Counted from the first letter of the stretch, positions 9,001-17,294 are shown. The stretch is 32,000 nt of DNA from Kineococcus radiotolerans SRS30216 = ATCC BAA-149 (GCF_000017305.1 NC_009664.2:1050001-1082000); one strand, 5' to 3'. The notes: a model not told the origin generated them from the letters alone. Translations and numbers: made by a program.

Positions 9001-9085
9001 CCAGGATGACGACGGTGGGCAGGGCTGCGCCGCGGCGACGTCGCCGGAGCACCGGCCGCGAGGGACCGCGTGGGGAGAAGCTCAC
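6026..9085 (-). CDS. UPF0182 family large integral membrane protein (Rv3193c-like)
   Basis: 1019 aa from GTG 9083-9085 (VSFSPRGPSRPVLRRRRRGAALPTVVILVAVV...). It has seven or more N-terminal TM helices, then a large extracytoplasmic domain (…YTHGYGVVVAQGN…, …YPYSAATELGD…, …LLYVEPIYAQS…). The tail is coiled-coil plus Ser/Pro-rich. The longer 1321-aa track ORF would overlap the opposite-strand gene at 9182-9775 and its extra N-terminus is junk. Confidence 0.88.
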   Translation of the reverse strand: MSFSPRGPSRPVLRRRRRGAALPTVVILVAVVIAVVVGARITADVWWFDQLGFLPTFTTKLWLQVLLFTLGALLLAAAVAVSLTLGYRARPIYAPVSDEQAGLDRYRESLEPLRRLVVVVLSAAAGLFGGSVAMSRWETLLLWWNRVDFGTRDEQFRMDQGFYVFTLPWLAFLVSFLTAAVVLAGIAGLAAHYLYGGLRLSGAGPRTTRAARVHLASLAAAFLLLRAAGYWLDRYELMTTSSGYVRGVVGPTYTDVHAVLPSKAILALIAVVVALLFVAAAVGTSWRLPAIGTGLLVVSAIAIGGIYPWAVQRFQVTPNRQSLESEYVGKNIDATRDAYDLSDVEVSTYAADTTASQGQLSEDAQTIPSVRLLDPSVVSQAFQQTQGQRGYYKFGETLDVDRYATPDGGTQDAVVAARELNLAGLADNQRTWVNEHTIYTHGYGVVVAQGNDRAPDGSPSYVEANVPTSGDLDLEQPRIYFGEGTTTYSIVGGRDNEIDYPDGSAGGFATTEYDGSGGVAVGSLLQKLVYGLKFGDQNILLSGSVTPESRILYDRTPRERVEKVAPWLTMDGDAYPSIVDGRVVWILDGYTTSNSYPYSAATELGDATTDALTQTQGSSVQALQDRTVNYVRNSVKATVDAYTGKVDLYAWDDTDPVLKAWMKAFPGAVEPLSAIDGSLMQHLRYPQDMFKVQREVLTRYHVTDPASFLTGQDFWDVPGDPTVDAAAGTVRPSQPPYYLTLRMPEQDTPTYSLTTTYVPASNANASGTQVLRGFAAVDSDAGSTKGTKSEGYGTIRLLELPQSTTVNGPVQIQNNIRSDTAVADQVRLLSVGDNSRVIYGNLLTLPVGGGLLYVEPIYAQSTGDNSFPRLSRVVAVFGDNIAIANTLDEALDEVFGGNSGAGAGDEGAPPPTAGTPAPTDGATGGPAPDPATGDAQVQLQQALDNAKRAIQDSSAALAEGDFTKYGEAQQRLRAAVDAASAAEARLERSGTSGPTSSSSPSASSAPPVPGETPAATPTP

Positions 9086-9181
9086 GACCAGGCAACTTAC
9101 AAGCCCCCGTCCGGGTGCCCCTCGTCGTCCCCGTCGGACGCATCGTGACCACTTCGTTGTCAGCGGGTCCTCCGTGCCACC

Positions 9182-9775
9182 ATGCGAGCCGTGAGTTCCG
9201 ACGCGCAGACCTCCCCGTCCTCCGTCCCGGGCCCCTCCGGCCTGTGGCGGACCGTCGCCGAGATCGAGCGCCACGTCGCCGCCGACGGCTGGGGCGCCCC
9301 CCTGCGGCTGTTCGCCCTCGTCCGCACCGCCGACGCCCTGGCCCGCGACCCCGACCTCGAGTGGCGGCTGCCCGCCAACGTCGTCGAGGAGGCGCGCGCG
9401 GACCCCGACCACCTCACCTCCGTCGAGCAGGAGGGCGTCCCCGAGGTCTCCGACCTCGACGACCTGCTCGCCCAGCTGGCCTGGCCCCGGGGGGTCGACG
9501 GCGCCGCCCTGGTCGTGGAGCGGATCCTCGTGCCCCCGGACGCCGAGGCCGAGGTGCGCGCGGCCACGCCCGCGGGCGACGAGGCGGCCCGCGCCCGGGC
9601 GCTGGCCGCCCACCCGCTGGCCGAGGACGTCCGGATCGCCGTCGGGGTGCTGCGCGACGGCCGCCACGAGTGCGCCGTGCGCTCGCGCTCGAAGGACTCC
9701 GACGGCGAGGTGCGCACCGGGGCGGACCTGGTGCCCGGGCTCGTCAGCGCGCTGCAGGCGACCTTCTCCGACTGA
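9182..9775 (+). CDS. Conserved actinobacterial hypothetical protein (PPA1309-like family, from memory)
   Basis: The 197-aa ORF has protein-like composition (…LWRTVAEIERHVAADGWGAPLRLFALVRTADAL…). The antisense ORF at 9160-9717 is Ser/Arg/Thr-rich shadow. ATG at 9182. Confidence 0.7.
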   Translation: MRAVSSDAQTSPSSVPGPSGLWRTVAEIERHVAADGWGAPLRLFALVRTADALARDPDLEWRLPANVVEEARADPDHLTSVEQEGVPEVSDLDDLLAQLAWPRGVDGAALVVERILVPPDAEAEVRAATPAGDEAARARALAAHPLAEDVRIAVGVLRDGRHECAVRSRSKDSDGEVRTGADLVPGLVSALQATFSD

Positions 9776-9786
9776 GCCCGCCGGGC

Positions 9787-9814
9787 GCGGACGGGCCCCG
9801 CGGGGCCCGTCCGC
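9787..9814. terminator. Perfect 28-nt palindrome between convergent genes (candidate bidirectional terminator)
   Basis: gcggacgggccccg/cggggcccgtccgc is fully self-complementary. It lies between the stop at 9775 (+) and the stop at 9826 (-). Confidence 0.6.
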
Positions 9815-9825
9815 CGTCGAGGCGC

Positions 9826-10956
9826 CTAGCGCGCGACGTCGTCGCAGGTGGGCAGGGTGCCGCCCTCCCCCGCGCCGATCGCCTCGACGGCCTCGCGGGC
9901 CTCGTGCAGCGTCGAGACCGGCAGCACCGCGATGCCCTCCGGGGTCGCCCCCGCGACCTGGGCGCACTCCGCGCGGGGGGCGAGGAACCACTCCGCCCCG
10001 TCCGCCCGGGCCCCCAGCACCTTCTGCCGCAGGCCGCCGATCTGCTGCACGGTGCCGTCGGCGGTGATCGAGCCCGTCCCCGCGACGTGCTCGCCGCCGG
10101 TCATCGCCCCCGGGGTCAGCTCGTCGACGATCCCGAGGGCGAACATCGTCCCCGCGCTGGGCCCGCCGACGTCGTCGATGGCGATGTCGATGGAGAACGG
10201 GAACTCGTAGTCGACGTGGGGGGTGATCCCCAGCAGGGTCCGGCCCTCGGCGGCCACGGTCCGGGTGGTGACGGTACGGGCCTCCCCGCCGCGGGTCAGG
10301 CCGAGGGTGACCTCCTCCCCGCCGGGCAGGGCCTGGACGGCGGCCTGCAGCGCCGCGAAGTCCGCGACGGGGACGCCGCCGACGGCGGTCAGGACGTCGC
10401 CGGGGCGCAGCGCCGCCGCGGCCGGGACGTCGGCGGCGACGGACTCCACCCGGGTCGTCGTGGTGGCCGGGACGTCGATGCCCAGCTCGGTGAGCGCGGC
10501 GACCTTGGCGTTGGTCTGCGAGCCCGTCATCTCGGCCGCGCTGCGGGCGTCGGCCTCCTGCTGGGACTGCCGCTCGGGGAAGTACAGCGCCCGGGGCACG
10601 ACGTTGACCGCGGGGTCCAGCCAGCCGGTGAGCAGCTCGCCCAGCGTCATCTCCAGGCCGGGGCCCCCGCGCAGGGACACCGTCGTGAGGTCCAGCCGGC
10701 CCCGCGTGGGGTAGGTGGGGGCCCCGGCGACGGTGATCAGGCCCTCGCCGTCCTCCCCCTCCCCGGAGCCCGCGATGACGTCGGTCACCGGCCCCGGGCT
10801 GAGCGCGACGTAGGGGACGTGCACCACGCCCAGCAGCGCCGCGCCGAGGACGGCGGCGAAGGAGGAGACCACCAGCAGCGCGCCCCGCGGGCTCAGCGAG
10901 GTGGGCCGGCTCCCGGGCGACGGCGGACGGGGCTCGGCGGAGGACGCGCTCGACAC
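9826..10956 (-). CDS. PDZ domain-containing Lon-like (S16) serine protease, membrane anchored (Rv3194c-like)
   Basis: 376 aa from GTG 10954-10956. It has an N-terminal TM helix (LLVVSSFAAVLGAALLGVV), a PDZ segment (…LRPGDVLTAVGGVPVADFAALQAAV…) and a Lon C-terminal protease motif (DVGGPSAGTMFALGIVDEL plus downstream Lys in GGLRQKVLGA). A TAGGCT hexamer lies 7 nt upstream of the GTG, suggesting a leaderless mRNA. Confidence 0.85.
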   Translation of the reverse strand: MSSASSAEPRPPSPGSRPTSLSPRGALLVVSSFAAVLGAALLGVVHVPYVALSPGPVTDVIAGSGEGEDGEGLITVAGAPTYPTRGRLDLTTVSLRGGPGLEMTLGELLTGWLDPAVNVVPRALYFPERQSQQEADARSAAEMTGSQTNAKVAALTELGIDVPATTTTRVESVAADVPAAAALRPGDVLTAVGGVPVADFAALQAAVQALPGGEEVTLGLTRGGEARTVTTRTVAAEGRTLLGITPHVDYEFPFSIDIAIDDVGGPSAGTMFALGIVDELTPGAMTGGEHVAGTGSITADGTVQQIGGLRQKVLGARADGAEWFLAPRAECAQVAGATPEGIAVLPVSTLHEAREAVEAIGAGEGGTLPTCDDVAR

Positions 10957-11049
10957 CCGCCGCAGCCTACGTTCGCCCAGGGTGAAGCCGGGCCCGGAGG
11001 CGGAACGCGCACCGCCCGCCGGTCGTCGGGTCGGGTGCGGGGCGTCATC

Positions 11050-12684
11050 ATGGGGGGCGACCTGCGAAGGACCCAGCCGGGCCGCGTCGCAGGACACGGG
11101 CCGGTCGACGATGCGGAGGACACGGTGGACCAGCGAGACGACGACGGACGGGAACGTCCCGAGGGCGAGGACGGCCCCGAGCAGACCCCGCGCGGCGAGG
11201 GCGTGGAGAAGACCCCCGACGAGCAGCGCGGGCAGCCGGGCTTCCGGCCCTCGGGCACGCCGGGTCGGCAGGACCCCGCGCCCGGGCAGGGCAGCGGCAA
11301 CCCGCTGGAGGACCTGCTCGGTCCCCTCTTCGGCGGGCAGTTCCCCGGCGGGCAGTTCCCCGGCTTCCCGGGGGGCCAGTTCCCCGGCTTCCCCGGCGGG
11401 GTGCCGCAGGGCATCCCCGGCTTCGGCGAGGCCGGGTTCGACCCGGCGGTCATGGGCCAGGTGCTGGGGCAGCTGCAGAAGTTCCTCTCCACCCCCTCCG
11501 ACGCCCCGGTGAACTGGGACGTCGCCCACGACCTGGCCCGCCAGGCCGCCGCCAAGGACGGCGACCCCACGCCGAACGCGGTCGACCGGCGCGAGGTCGA
11601 GGACGCGCTGCGCGTGGCCGACCTCTGGCTGGACGGCACGACCGACCTCGCGGCCGCCGCGACGACCCTGGAGGCCTGGAGCCGCGCGGAGTGGGTCGAG
11701 CGGACCATGCCGGTCTGGCGCCAGCTCGTGGAGCCGGTGGCGACGAACGTGGCCGCGGCCATGGGCGACGCGATGGCCGCGCAGGCCCCCCCGGAGCTGG
11801 CCGCGGTGCTCGGCTCGGCCGGGGCGATGCTGCGCCAGGTCGGGGGCGGGGTGTTCGGCATGCAGGTGGGGCAGGCCATCGGCCAGCTCGCCGGTGAGGT
11901 CCTCTCCACCACCGACGTCGGGCTGCCGCTGGCGCCGGACGGCAAGGCCGCGCTGGTGCCCGAGAACGTCCGGGCCTTCGCCGACGGCCTCGAGGTCCCC
12001 ATCGACGAGGTCCGCCGCTACCTGGCCCTGCGCGAGGCCGCCCACCAGCGGCTGTTCACCCACGTGCCGTGGCTGCGCAGCCACCTGCTGGGGTCGGTGG
12101 AGTCCTTCGCCCGCGGGATCAGCGTCGACGGCGAGCGCATCGCCGAGGCCGCGAGCCAGATCGACCCCGCGAACCCGGAGTCGCTGCAGGAGGCCCTGTC
12201 CTCGGGCATCTTCGAACCCGAGAGCACCCCCGACCAGCAGGCCGCGCTGGCCCGGCTGGAGACGGCGCTGGCCCTCGTCGAGGGGTGGGTGGACCACGTC
12301 ACCGACGAGGCCGCCCGCCCGGTCCTGCCGCACGCGGCGGCGCTGCGCGAGACGATGCGGCGCCGGCGCGCGACGGGCGGGCCGGCCGAGCACGCCTTCG
12401 CGGTGCTGGTGGGCCTGGAGCTGCGCCCGCGCCGGGCCCGCGAGGCCACGGCGCTGTGGGAGCTGCTGCTGGCCCGCGGGGGCCGCAGCGCCCGCGACGC
12501 GGTGTGGGACCACCCGGACCTGCTGCCCACCGCCGGGGACCTCGACGACGCGACGGCGTTCGTCGAGCGCCGGCTGGGGAGCGCCGGGGCGCCGGTGCAG
12601 GAGGAGGACGCGATGGACGCCGCCCTGCGCGACCTGCTCGACGGCGGGTCCGGGGAGGGTCCGGGGAGCACCCCGCAGGGCTGA
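11050..12684 (+). CDS. Zincin-like (DUF2342/Rv3195-like) protein with long disordered N-terminus; the metal motif appears degenerate
   Basis: 544 aa from ATG 11050. The conserved core is …VNWDVAHDLARQ…, …YLALREAAHQRLFTHVPWLRSHL…, …ALVEGWVDHVTDEA…, …LELRPRRAREA…. The N-terminal ~130 aa are low complexity and include GGQFPGGQFPGFPGGQFPGFPGG. The start is uncertain (in-frame GTG at 11035). The upstream 660 codons of the 1204-aa track ORF are shadow. Confidence 0.75.
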   Translation: MGGDLRRTQPGRVAGHGPVDDAEDTVDQRDDDGRERPEGEDGPEQTPRGEGVEKTPDEQRGQPGFRPSGTPGRQDPAPGQGSGNPLEDLLGPLFGGQFPGGQFPGFPGGQFPGFPGGVPQGIPGFGEAGFDPAVMGQVLGQLQKFLSTPSDAPVNWDVAHDLARQAAAKDGDPTPNAVDRREVEDALRVADLWLDGTTDLAAAATTLEAWSRAEWVERTMPVWRQLVEPVATNVAAAMGDAMAAQAPPELAAVLGSAGAMLRQVGGGVFGMQVGQAIGQLAGEVLSTTDVGLPLAPDGKAALVPENVRAFADGLEVPIDEVRRYLALREAAHQRLFTHVPWLRSHLLGSVESFARGISVDGERIAEAASQIDPANPESLQEALSSGIFEPESTPDQQAALARLETALALVEGWVDHVTDEAARPVLPHAAALRETMRRRRATGGPAEHAFAVLVGLELRPRRAREATALWELLLARGGRSARDAVWDHPDLLPTAGDLDDATAFVERRLGSAGAPVQEEDAMDAALRDLLDGGSGEGPGSTPQG

Positions 12685-12687
12685 GGG

Positions 12688-13944
12688 TCAGGCCCGGAGG
12701 ACGGCCGGGGCCCGTTCGCGGTCCACCGCGAGCGGGCCCAGCGGGTCCTCCAGCAGGGGGGTGAGGGCCAGCTCGGCCGCGCCGAGGACGGTGGAGCCCT
12801 CCCCCAGCGCCGACGTGCGGACGCTGACGCCCGCGCGCATGGCCGGCATGACGAGGCGGTCGACCCAGGGCATGACGTCCTCGCGGACCTCCGGCCACAG
12901 CCGGTGCCACAGGCCCTCGCCCAGGACGACGGCCTGGGGGTCGAAGAGGTGGACGATGTTGGCCAGGCCCCGGGCGAAGGCGCGCGACAGCTTGTCGCGG
13001 GTGCGGCGGGAGACGACGCCGCCGGCGGCGAGGCGGGCCAGGACGAGGTCGGCGAGGTCCGGGGCGTCGCCGTCGAGGCCGAAGGGCTCGGCCCAGGCGG
13101 CGGCGAGGGTCTCGCTCTCCCAGCAGCCGCGGCTGCCGCAGCGGCAGGCCCGGCCGTCGGGGTCGACGCTGACGTGGCCGACCTCCCCCGCGTAGCCGCG
13201 GTGGCCGGTCAGCGGGTGCCCGCCGGTGAGGACGCCGCCGCCGAGGCCGTGGGTCCCGCAGAGGTACACGACGTCGGTGAGGCCCGCGGCCGCGCCGCGG
13301 CGGTGCTCGGCGAGGAGCCCGAGGTCGGCGTCGTTGGCGACGTCGACGCGCAGCCGGTGACCGGTGGCGTCCTCGAGGGCGGTGGTGACCAGCGCCGCGA
13401 GGGGCACGTCGCGCCAGTCCAGGTTGGGGGCGTGGGCGATGACCCCGTCCCCGGCGCGGACCAGGCCGGGCACGGCGACCCCGACCCCGGCCAGCAGCCC
13501 CGGCGGGGACTCGGCGAGCAGGGCCGCGGCCGCCCCGGCCAGCACCTCCGCGGCGCGTTCGGGGCTCGGCGGGGCCGGGGTGGCGACGGTGCGCCGGCCC
13601 CGCACGACCCCGCCCAGCCCCACCCGCACGACCTGGACGGCGTGCACGTCGACGTAGCCGGCGAGCACCTCCGCCCCGCCGTCGCGGGGGCGGACCTCCA
13701 GCGAGGGGCGCCCGACCCGGCCCGGGGCCTGGTCCACGGGGGCCTGCTCCACCAGCAGCCCCGCCTCGACGAGGGCGCCGACGAGGGTCCCGGTGGTGGA
13801 GCGGTTGAGCCCCAGCTCGCGGGTGACCTCGGCGCGGGTGGCGCCGCCGCGGGTGTGGACCAGGCCCAGCAGCGCGCGGAGGTTGTGCCGGCGGACGTCC
13901 TCGGTGCTGCGTCCCCGCGCTCCCCCCGCCGCCGGCCCGTCCAC
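12688..13944 (-). CDS. ROK-family transcriptional regulator (Rok7B7/XylR-like)
   Basis: 418 aa from GTG 13942-13944. It has an N-terminal winged HTH (RRHNLRALLGLVHTRGGATRAEVTRELGLNRSTTGTLVGALVEAGLL) and a ROK sugar-kinase-like fold. The zinc motif is CRCGSRGCWE. It is the last gene of the xylFGH string, 7 nt after the xylH stop. Confidence 0.88.
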   Translation of the reverse strand: MDGPAAGGARGRSTEDVRRHNLRALLGLVHTRGGATRAEVTRELGLNRSTTGTLVGALVEAGLLVEQAPVDQAPGRVGRPSLEVRPRDGGAEVLAGYVDVHAVQVVRVGLGGVVRGRRTVATPAPPSPERAAEVLAGAAAALLAESPPGLLAGVGVAVPGLVRAGDGVIAHAPNLDWRDVPLAALVTTALEDATGHRLRVDVANDADLGLLAEHRRGAAAGLTDVVYLCGTHGLGGGVLTGGHPLTGHRGYAGEVGHVSVDPDGRACRCGSRGCWESETLAAAWAEPFGLDGDAPDLADLVLARLAAGGVVSRRTRDKLSRAFARGLANIVHLFDPQAVVLGEGLWHRLWPEVREDVMPWVDRLVMPAMRAGVSVRTSALGEGSTVLGAAELALTPLLEDPLGPLAVDRERAPAVLRA

Positions 13945-13951
13945 GACCCGC

Positions 13952-15301
13952 TCAGACCGCCGAGGAGGCGCGACGGCGGCGCGAGACGGCGTCGACGGTC
14001 GCGGCGAGCAGCAGGACCGCGCCCGTGACGAGGTAGTTGACGTACTGCGCCTGCCCGAGCAGGCCGAGGCCGTTGGCGATGGCGGCGATGACGAGCCCGC
14101 CGATGACGGCGTTGGACACCCGGCCCTTGCCGCCGAAGAGGCTCGTGCCGCCGATGACGGCGGCGCCGACGCCGAGCAGCAGGGTGTTCGCCCCGCCGGA
14201 GCCGGGGGCCACCGAGTTGAGCCGGGAGGCGTCGATGACGCCGGCCAGCGCGGCCAGGGTGGAGCCGATCATGAACACCGACATCCGGATCCCGCGCACC
14301 GAGATGCCGGCCCGGCGGGCCGCCTCGGGGTTGCCGCCGACGGCGTAGACGTGGCGGCCGTAGCGGGTGCGGCTGAGCACCAGGGTCAGCACGACCAGCA
14401 GCACCGCGATGAGCGGCACCGAGTACGGGATCCCGGCGAGCTGGATGCTGGCGACCCGCGCCCGGTTCTGGCTCAGGACGGCGGTGACCAGGAACAGCAC
14501 GGCCACGACCACGACCAGCCGGGCGATCACCACGCCGAGATTGTCGCGCGAGAGCCCGCGGCGTCGTTGACCGGCCCACCGACCGAGGCTGACGGCGGCG
14601 TAGCCGGCGGCGGCGAGGGCGGTGAGGACCCAGCCCAGCCACACCGGGACGTTGGAGTTCGCGATGGCGACGATGACGTCGTCGCGCACGGCGATGGTGC
14701 CGCCCTCGCCGATGAGGCGCAGGGTGATGCCCTGCACGCCCAGGAAGAAGGCGAGGGTCACGACGAAGGACGGGATGCCGACCCGCGCGACCAGCAGGCC
14801 GATCAGGGTGCCCAGCACGAGGCCGGTGAGCAGGGCGGCCAGCAGCCCGACGACCCAGTTCACGCCGCTCTCGCGCAGCACGAGGGCCATCACGGCCGCG
14901 GAGGCGCCGCCGGCGACGCCGGCGGACAGGTCGATGTCGCCGAGCAGCAGCACGAAGGTCAGGCCCATCGCGAGCACGATGATCGAGGAGGCCTGGACGA
15001 GGAGGTTGGCGATGTTGCCCGCGGTGGGGAAGGTGTCCGGGCGCAGCAGGGAGAACAGCACGAAGAGGACGACCAGCCCGGCGATCGCGGGCAGCGAGCC
15101 GATGTCCCCGCCGCGCAGCCGGGCGAGGTAGGCCTGGACGCCCTCGCGGAAGGTCGGTTCCGGCGCGGGCTGGGCCAGGGCGCTGCCGCCGCCGGCGGTG
15201 GCGCGGGCGAGCTGGGCGATGCGCTGCTGCTCGGTGAGTTCCGCGGGCTCGGGGGTGGCCCGCTCGGGCCCCTGGGGCGGACGGTGTCCGGTGGTCGACA
15301 T
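13952..15301 (-). CDS. xylH: Xylose/monosaccharide ABC transporter permease
   Basis: 449 aa with ATG at 15301 and a GAGGAG SD 6 nt upstream. It has about 10 TM helices typical of the AraH/XylH/RbsC family (…LLGDIDLSAGV…, …GGTSLFGGKGRV…). Confidence 0.88.
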   Translation of the reverse strand: MSTTGHRPPQGPERATPEPAELTEQQRIAQLARATAGGGSALAQPAPEPTFREGVQAYLARLRGGDIGSLPAIAGLVVLFVLFSLLRPDTFPTAGNIANLLVQASSIIVLAMGLTFVLLLGDIDLSAGVAGGASAAVMALVLRESGVNWVVGLLAALLTGLVLGTLIGLLVARVGIPSFVVTLAFFLGVQGITLRLIGEGGTIAVRDDVIVAIANSNVPVWLGWVLTALAAAGYAAVSLGRWAGQRRRGLSRDNLGVVIARLVVVVAVLFLVTAVLSQNRARVASIQLAGIPYSVPLIAVLLVVLTLVLSRTRYGRHVYAVGGNPEAARRAGISVRGIRMSVFMIGSTLAALAGVIDASRLNSVAPGSGGANTLLLGVGAAVIGGTSLFGGKGRVSNAVIGGLVIAAIANGLGLLGQAQYVNYLVTGAVLLLAATVDAVSRRRRASSAV

Positions 15302-15310
15302 GGGGTCTCC

Positions 15311-16105
15311 TCAGACCGGGGCGGAAGCGGTGGCGGGAGCGAGACCGAGGTCGCCGGAACGTCCCGTGGTGATGAGCTCGACGACCTGGCTGCTGGTGAC
15401 GTCGCGGGTCCGCACGGTCGCGGCCGACCGGCCCAGGTAGAGCGCGGTGATGTGGTCGGCGACCTCGAAGACGTCGCTGAGGTTGTGCGAGATGAGCACG
15501 ACGCCGAGGCCATTGTCGGCCAGGCGCCGCACGAGGTCGAGGACCTGGCGGGTCTGCGCCACGCCGAGGGCCGCGGTCGGCTCGTCGAGCAGCACGACGC
15601 GGGAGTTCCACAGGACCGCCTTGGCGATGGCCACGGTCTGGCGCTGACCGCCGGAGAGGCTGGAGACGAGCTGGCGCACCGAGCGGACGGTGCGGACCGA
15701 GAGGCCGGCCAGTGTCTGGCGGGCCAGTTCCTCCATCGTCGGTTCGTCGAGCAGCACGCCCCGGCGCTTCTCGCGGCCGAGGAACATGTTCTGGACGATG
15801 TCGAGGTTGTCGCAGAGCGCGAGGTCCTGGTAGACGACCTCGATCCCGAGGTCGCCGGTGTCGCGGGGGCCGCTGATGGAGACGGGTTTCCCCTCGAACA
15901 GGTACTGCCCGGCGTCGATGGTGTAGATGCCGGCGATGCACTTCACGAGCGTCGACTTGCCGGCGCCGTTGTCACCCACGAGGGCGGTGACCTCCCCGGC
16001 CCGGACGTCGAGGTCGACGCCGTGCAGCACCTGGACGGCGCCGAAGCTCTTGTCGATGCCGCGCAGCGACAGCAGCGCCGGCGCGTCGGTGGTGGTGGAA
16101 CTCAT
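15311..16105 (-). CDS. xylG: Sugar ABC transporter ATP-binding protein with a single NBD
   Basis: 264 aa from ATG 16103-16105 with a GAGGAGG SD. Walker A is GDNGAGKST, the signature is LSGGQRQ and Walker B is VVLLDEPT. The upstream part of the 346-aa track ORF is junk. Confidence 0.88.
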   Translation of the reverse strand: MSSTTTDAPALLSLRGIDKSFGAVQVLHGVDLDVRAGEVTALVGDNGAGKSTLVKCIAGIYTIDAGQYLFEGKPVSISGPRDTGDLGIEVVYQDLALCDNLDIVQNMFLGREKRRGVLLDEPTMEELARQTLAGLSVRTVRSVRQLVSSLSGGQRQTVAIAKAVLWNSRVVLLDEPTAALGVAQTRQVLDLVRRLADNGLGVVLISHNLSDVFEVADHITALYLGRSAATVRTRDVTSSQVVELITTGRSGDLGLAPATASAPV

Positions 16106-16132
16106 GGACCCCTCCTCGGGGAGCGCGGGAAC

Positions 16133-16174
16133 GGCCCGCCGGTACCCCGCGCGCGGGCGGGGTACCGGTGGGTC
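16133..16174 (-). other. Intercistronic GC stem-loop between xylF and xylG
   Basis: Core ccggtaccccgc-gcgcgg-gcggggtaccgg (16139-16168), extendable by flanking C:G and G:U pairs. It lies 35 nt after the xylF stop and 30 nt before the xylG start. Confidence 0.55.
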
Positions 16175-16202
16175 GTGCGGAGGTGGTGAGCAGCGGGTCC
16201 GG

Positions 16203-17294
16203 TCAGGAGATGCCGAGCTCGGTGCAGGCGGCGGCGAACTCGCCGGTGCACAGTTCCGCGGCCTCGACGAAACCGGCGTCGACGACGGACTTGACCTTGT
16301 CCCGGGTGATGAGCTGCGGTTCGAGGAGGATGGACTTGACCTCGCGGCCACCGGTGGTGTCCTCGGCGGTGCCGGTGGTCTTCGGCTCCTCCCCCTTGAT
16401 GAGGGCGATCGCGATGTCGGACAGCGCCTTCGCCTCCTCGTCCACCGGCTTGTAGACGGTCATGCACTGGGTCTTGGCGAGGACGTTCTGCAGACCCTGG
16501 GTGGTCGCGTCCTGGCCGGTGACCGGGACCGTGCCGGCCAGCCCGTTCTTGGCGAGGATGGAGATGGCGGCGTTGCCCAGCCCGTCGTTGGCGGCGAGGA
16601 CGCCGTCGATCTTGCCGCCCTGCTGGGTGAGCATCTGCTCGAAGATGGTGGCGGCCTGCTGGTTGTCCCAGTCGGGGACGGACTGCTCGGCCACGACCTT
16701 GTAGTTCGTCATCGGGTCGAGGACGCTGTGCGCGCCGGCCGAGAACATCCCGGCGTTGTTGTCGGTCGGGGAACCGTTGAGGTAGACGATGTTCTTGTCG
16801 CCGGCCCCGAGGCACTGGGCCAGGCCCTGGCCCTGCTGCTCCCCGACCTTGGTGTTGTCGAAGGAGACGTAGTAGTCGGCGGAACCGCCCAGGGTCAGGC
16901 GGTCGTAGTCGATCGTCTGCACGCCCTGCTTCTTGGCCTTGGCCTGGATCGCGGCGCCGGAGTCGGAGTCGAGGTTGACGATGGCGAGGACCTTGACGCC
17001 CTGGGTGAGCATCTGGTCGGCGATGGTCTGCATGTTCGACGCGTCGCCCTGGGCGTTCTGGATGTCGGCCTCGACGCCGGCGTCCTCGAACGCCTTCTCG
17101 AGCAGGGGCCGGTCGAAGGACTCCCAGCGGGCCGAGGACTTGGTGTCGGGGAGGATCACGCCGACCTCCGCGGCCGAGGAGGAGGATTCCCCGCCCTCGG
17201 TGGAGGACGCCCCGGGGTCGCTGCTGCCGCAGGACGACACCAGGAGCGCGCCGGCCACGCCGGTCGCGAGCAGGACTGAGGATCGAATGCGCAT
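16203..17294 (-). CDS. xylF: D-xylose ABC transporter substrate-binding lipoprotein
   Basis: 363 aa from ATG 17292-17294. The lipoprotein signal is MRIRSSVLLATGVAGALLVSSC (lipobox LVSSC). Blocks shared with E. coli XylF, recalled from memory, are YDR…ADYYVSFDNTKVGEQQ, GSPTDNNA and TGQDAT…GLQNV…TQCMTVYKP. Confidence 0.88.
   Translation of the reverse strand: MRIRSSVLLATGVAGALLVSSCGSSDPGASSTEGGESSSSAAEVGVILPDTKSSARWESFDRPLLEKAFEDAGVEADIQNAQGDASNMQTIADQMLTQGVKVLAIVNLDSDSGAAIQAKAKKQGVQTIDYDRLTLGGSADYYVSFDNTKVGEQQGQGLAQCLGAGDKNIVYLNGSPTDNNAGMFSAGAHSVLDPMTNYKVVAEQSVPDWDNQQAATIFEQMLTQQGGKIDGVLAANDGLGNAAISILAKNGLAGTVPVTGQDATTQGLQNVLAKTQCMTVYKPVDEEAKALSDIAIALIKGEEPKTTGTAEDTTGGREVKSILLEPQLITRDKVKSVVDAGFVEAAELCTGEFAAACTELGIS

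Noticed and set aside
5653-9152. ORFs 5653-5889 (+), 5864-9148 (+, 1094 aa) and 6285-9152 (-, 955 aa)
   Set aside because: The first two start by translating the antisense of the tRNA genes (MNLRPLGYEPSELPSCSTPRR appears twice). The rest are R/G/P/D-rich shadows of the UPF0182 gene.
9152-9181. TTGTCAGCG upstream of the PPA1309-like gene as a second RecA-NDp motif
   Set aside because: The third part of the upstream element is GCG rather than GTG. The hexamer 8 nt downstream (gtgcca) has no -10 character.
9070-11049. N-terminal 660 codons of the 1204-aa plus ORF, the upstream parts of the 895-aa minus ORF (10957-12513) and of the 1321-aa ORF (9086-9991)
   Set aside because: These are junk-composition extensions overlapping well-supported genes on the same or opposite strand. 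The real genes start at 11050, 10956 and 9085 respectively.
11328-11400. Short tandem repeats (here and at 18143-18187 and 17485-17510) as possible CRISPR or VNTR arrays
   Set aside because: The units are 12-15 nt, directly abutting with no spacers, and have only 2-3 copies. They lie in low-complexity coding or GC-rich leader sequence, so they are not CRISPR-like.
13209-16189. 910-aa (minus) and 798-aa (plus) ORFs across the ROK/xylH/xylG region
   Set aside because: They are Arg/Pro/Gly-rich shadows. The in-phase xylH, xylG and ROK frames carry clear family motifs.
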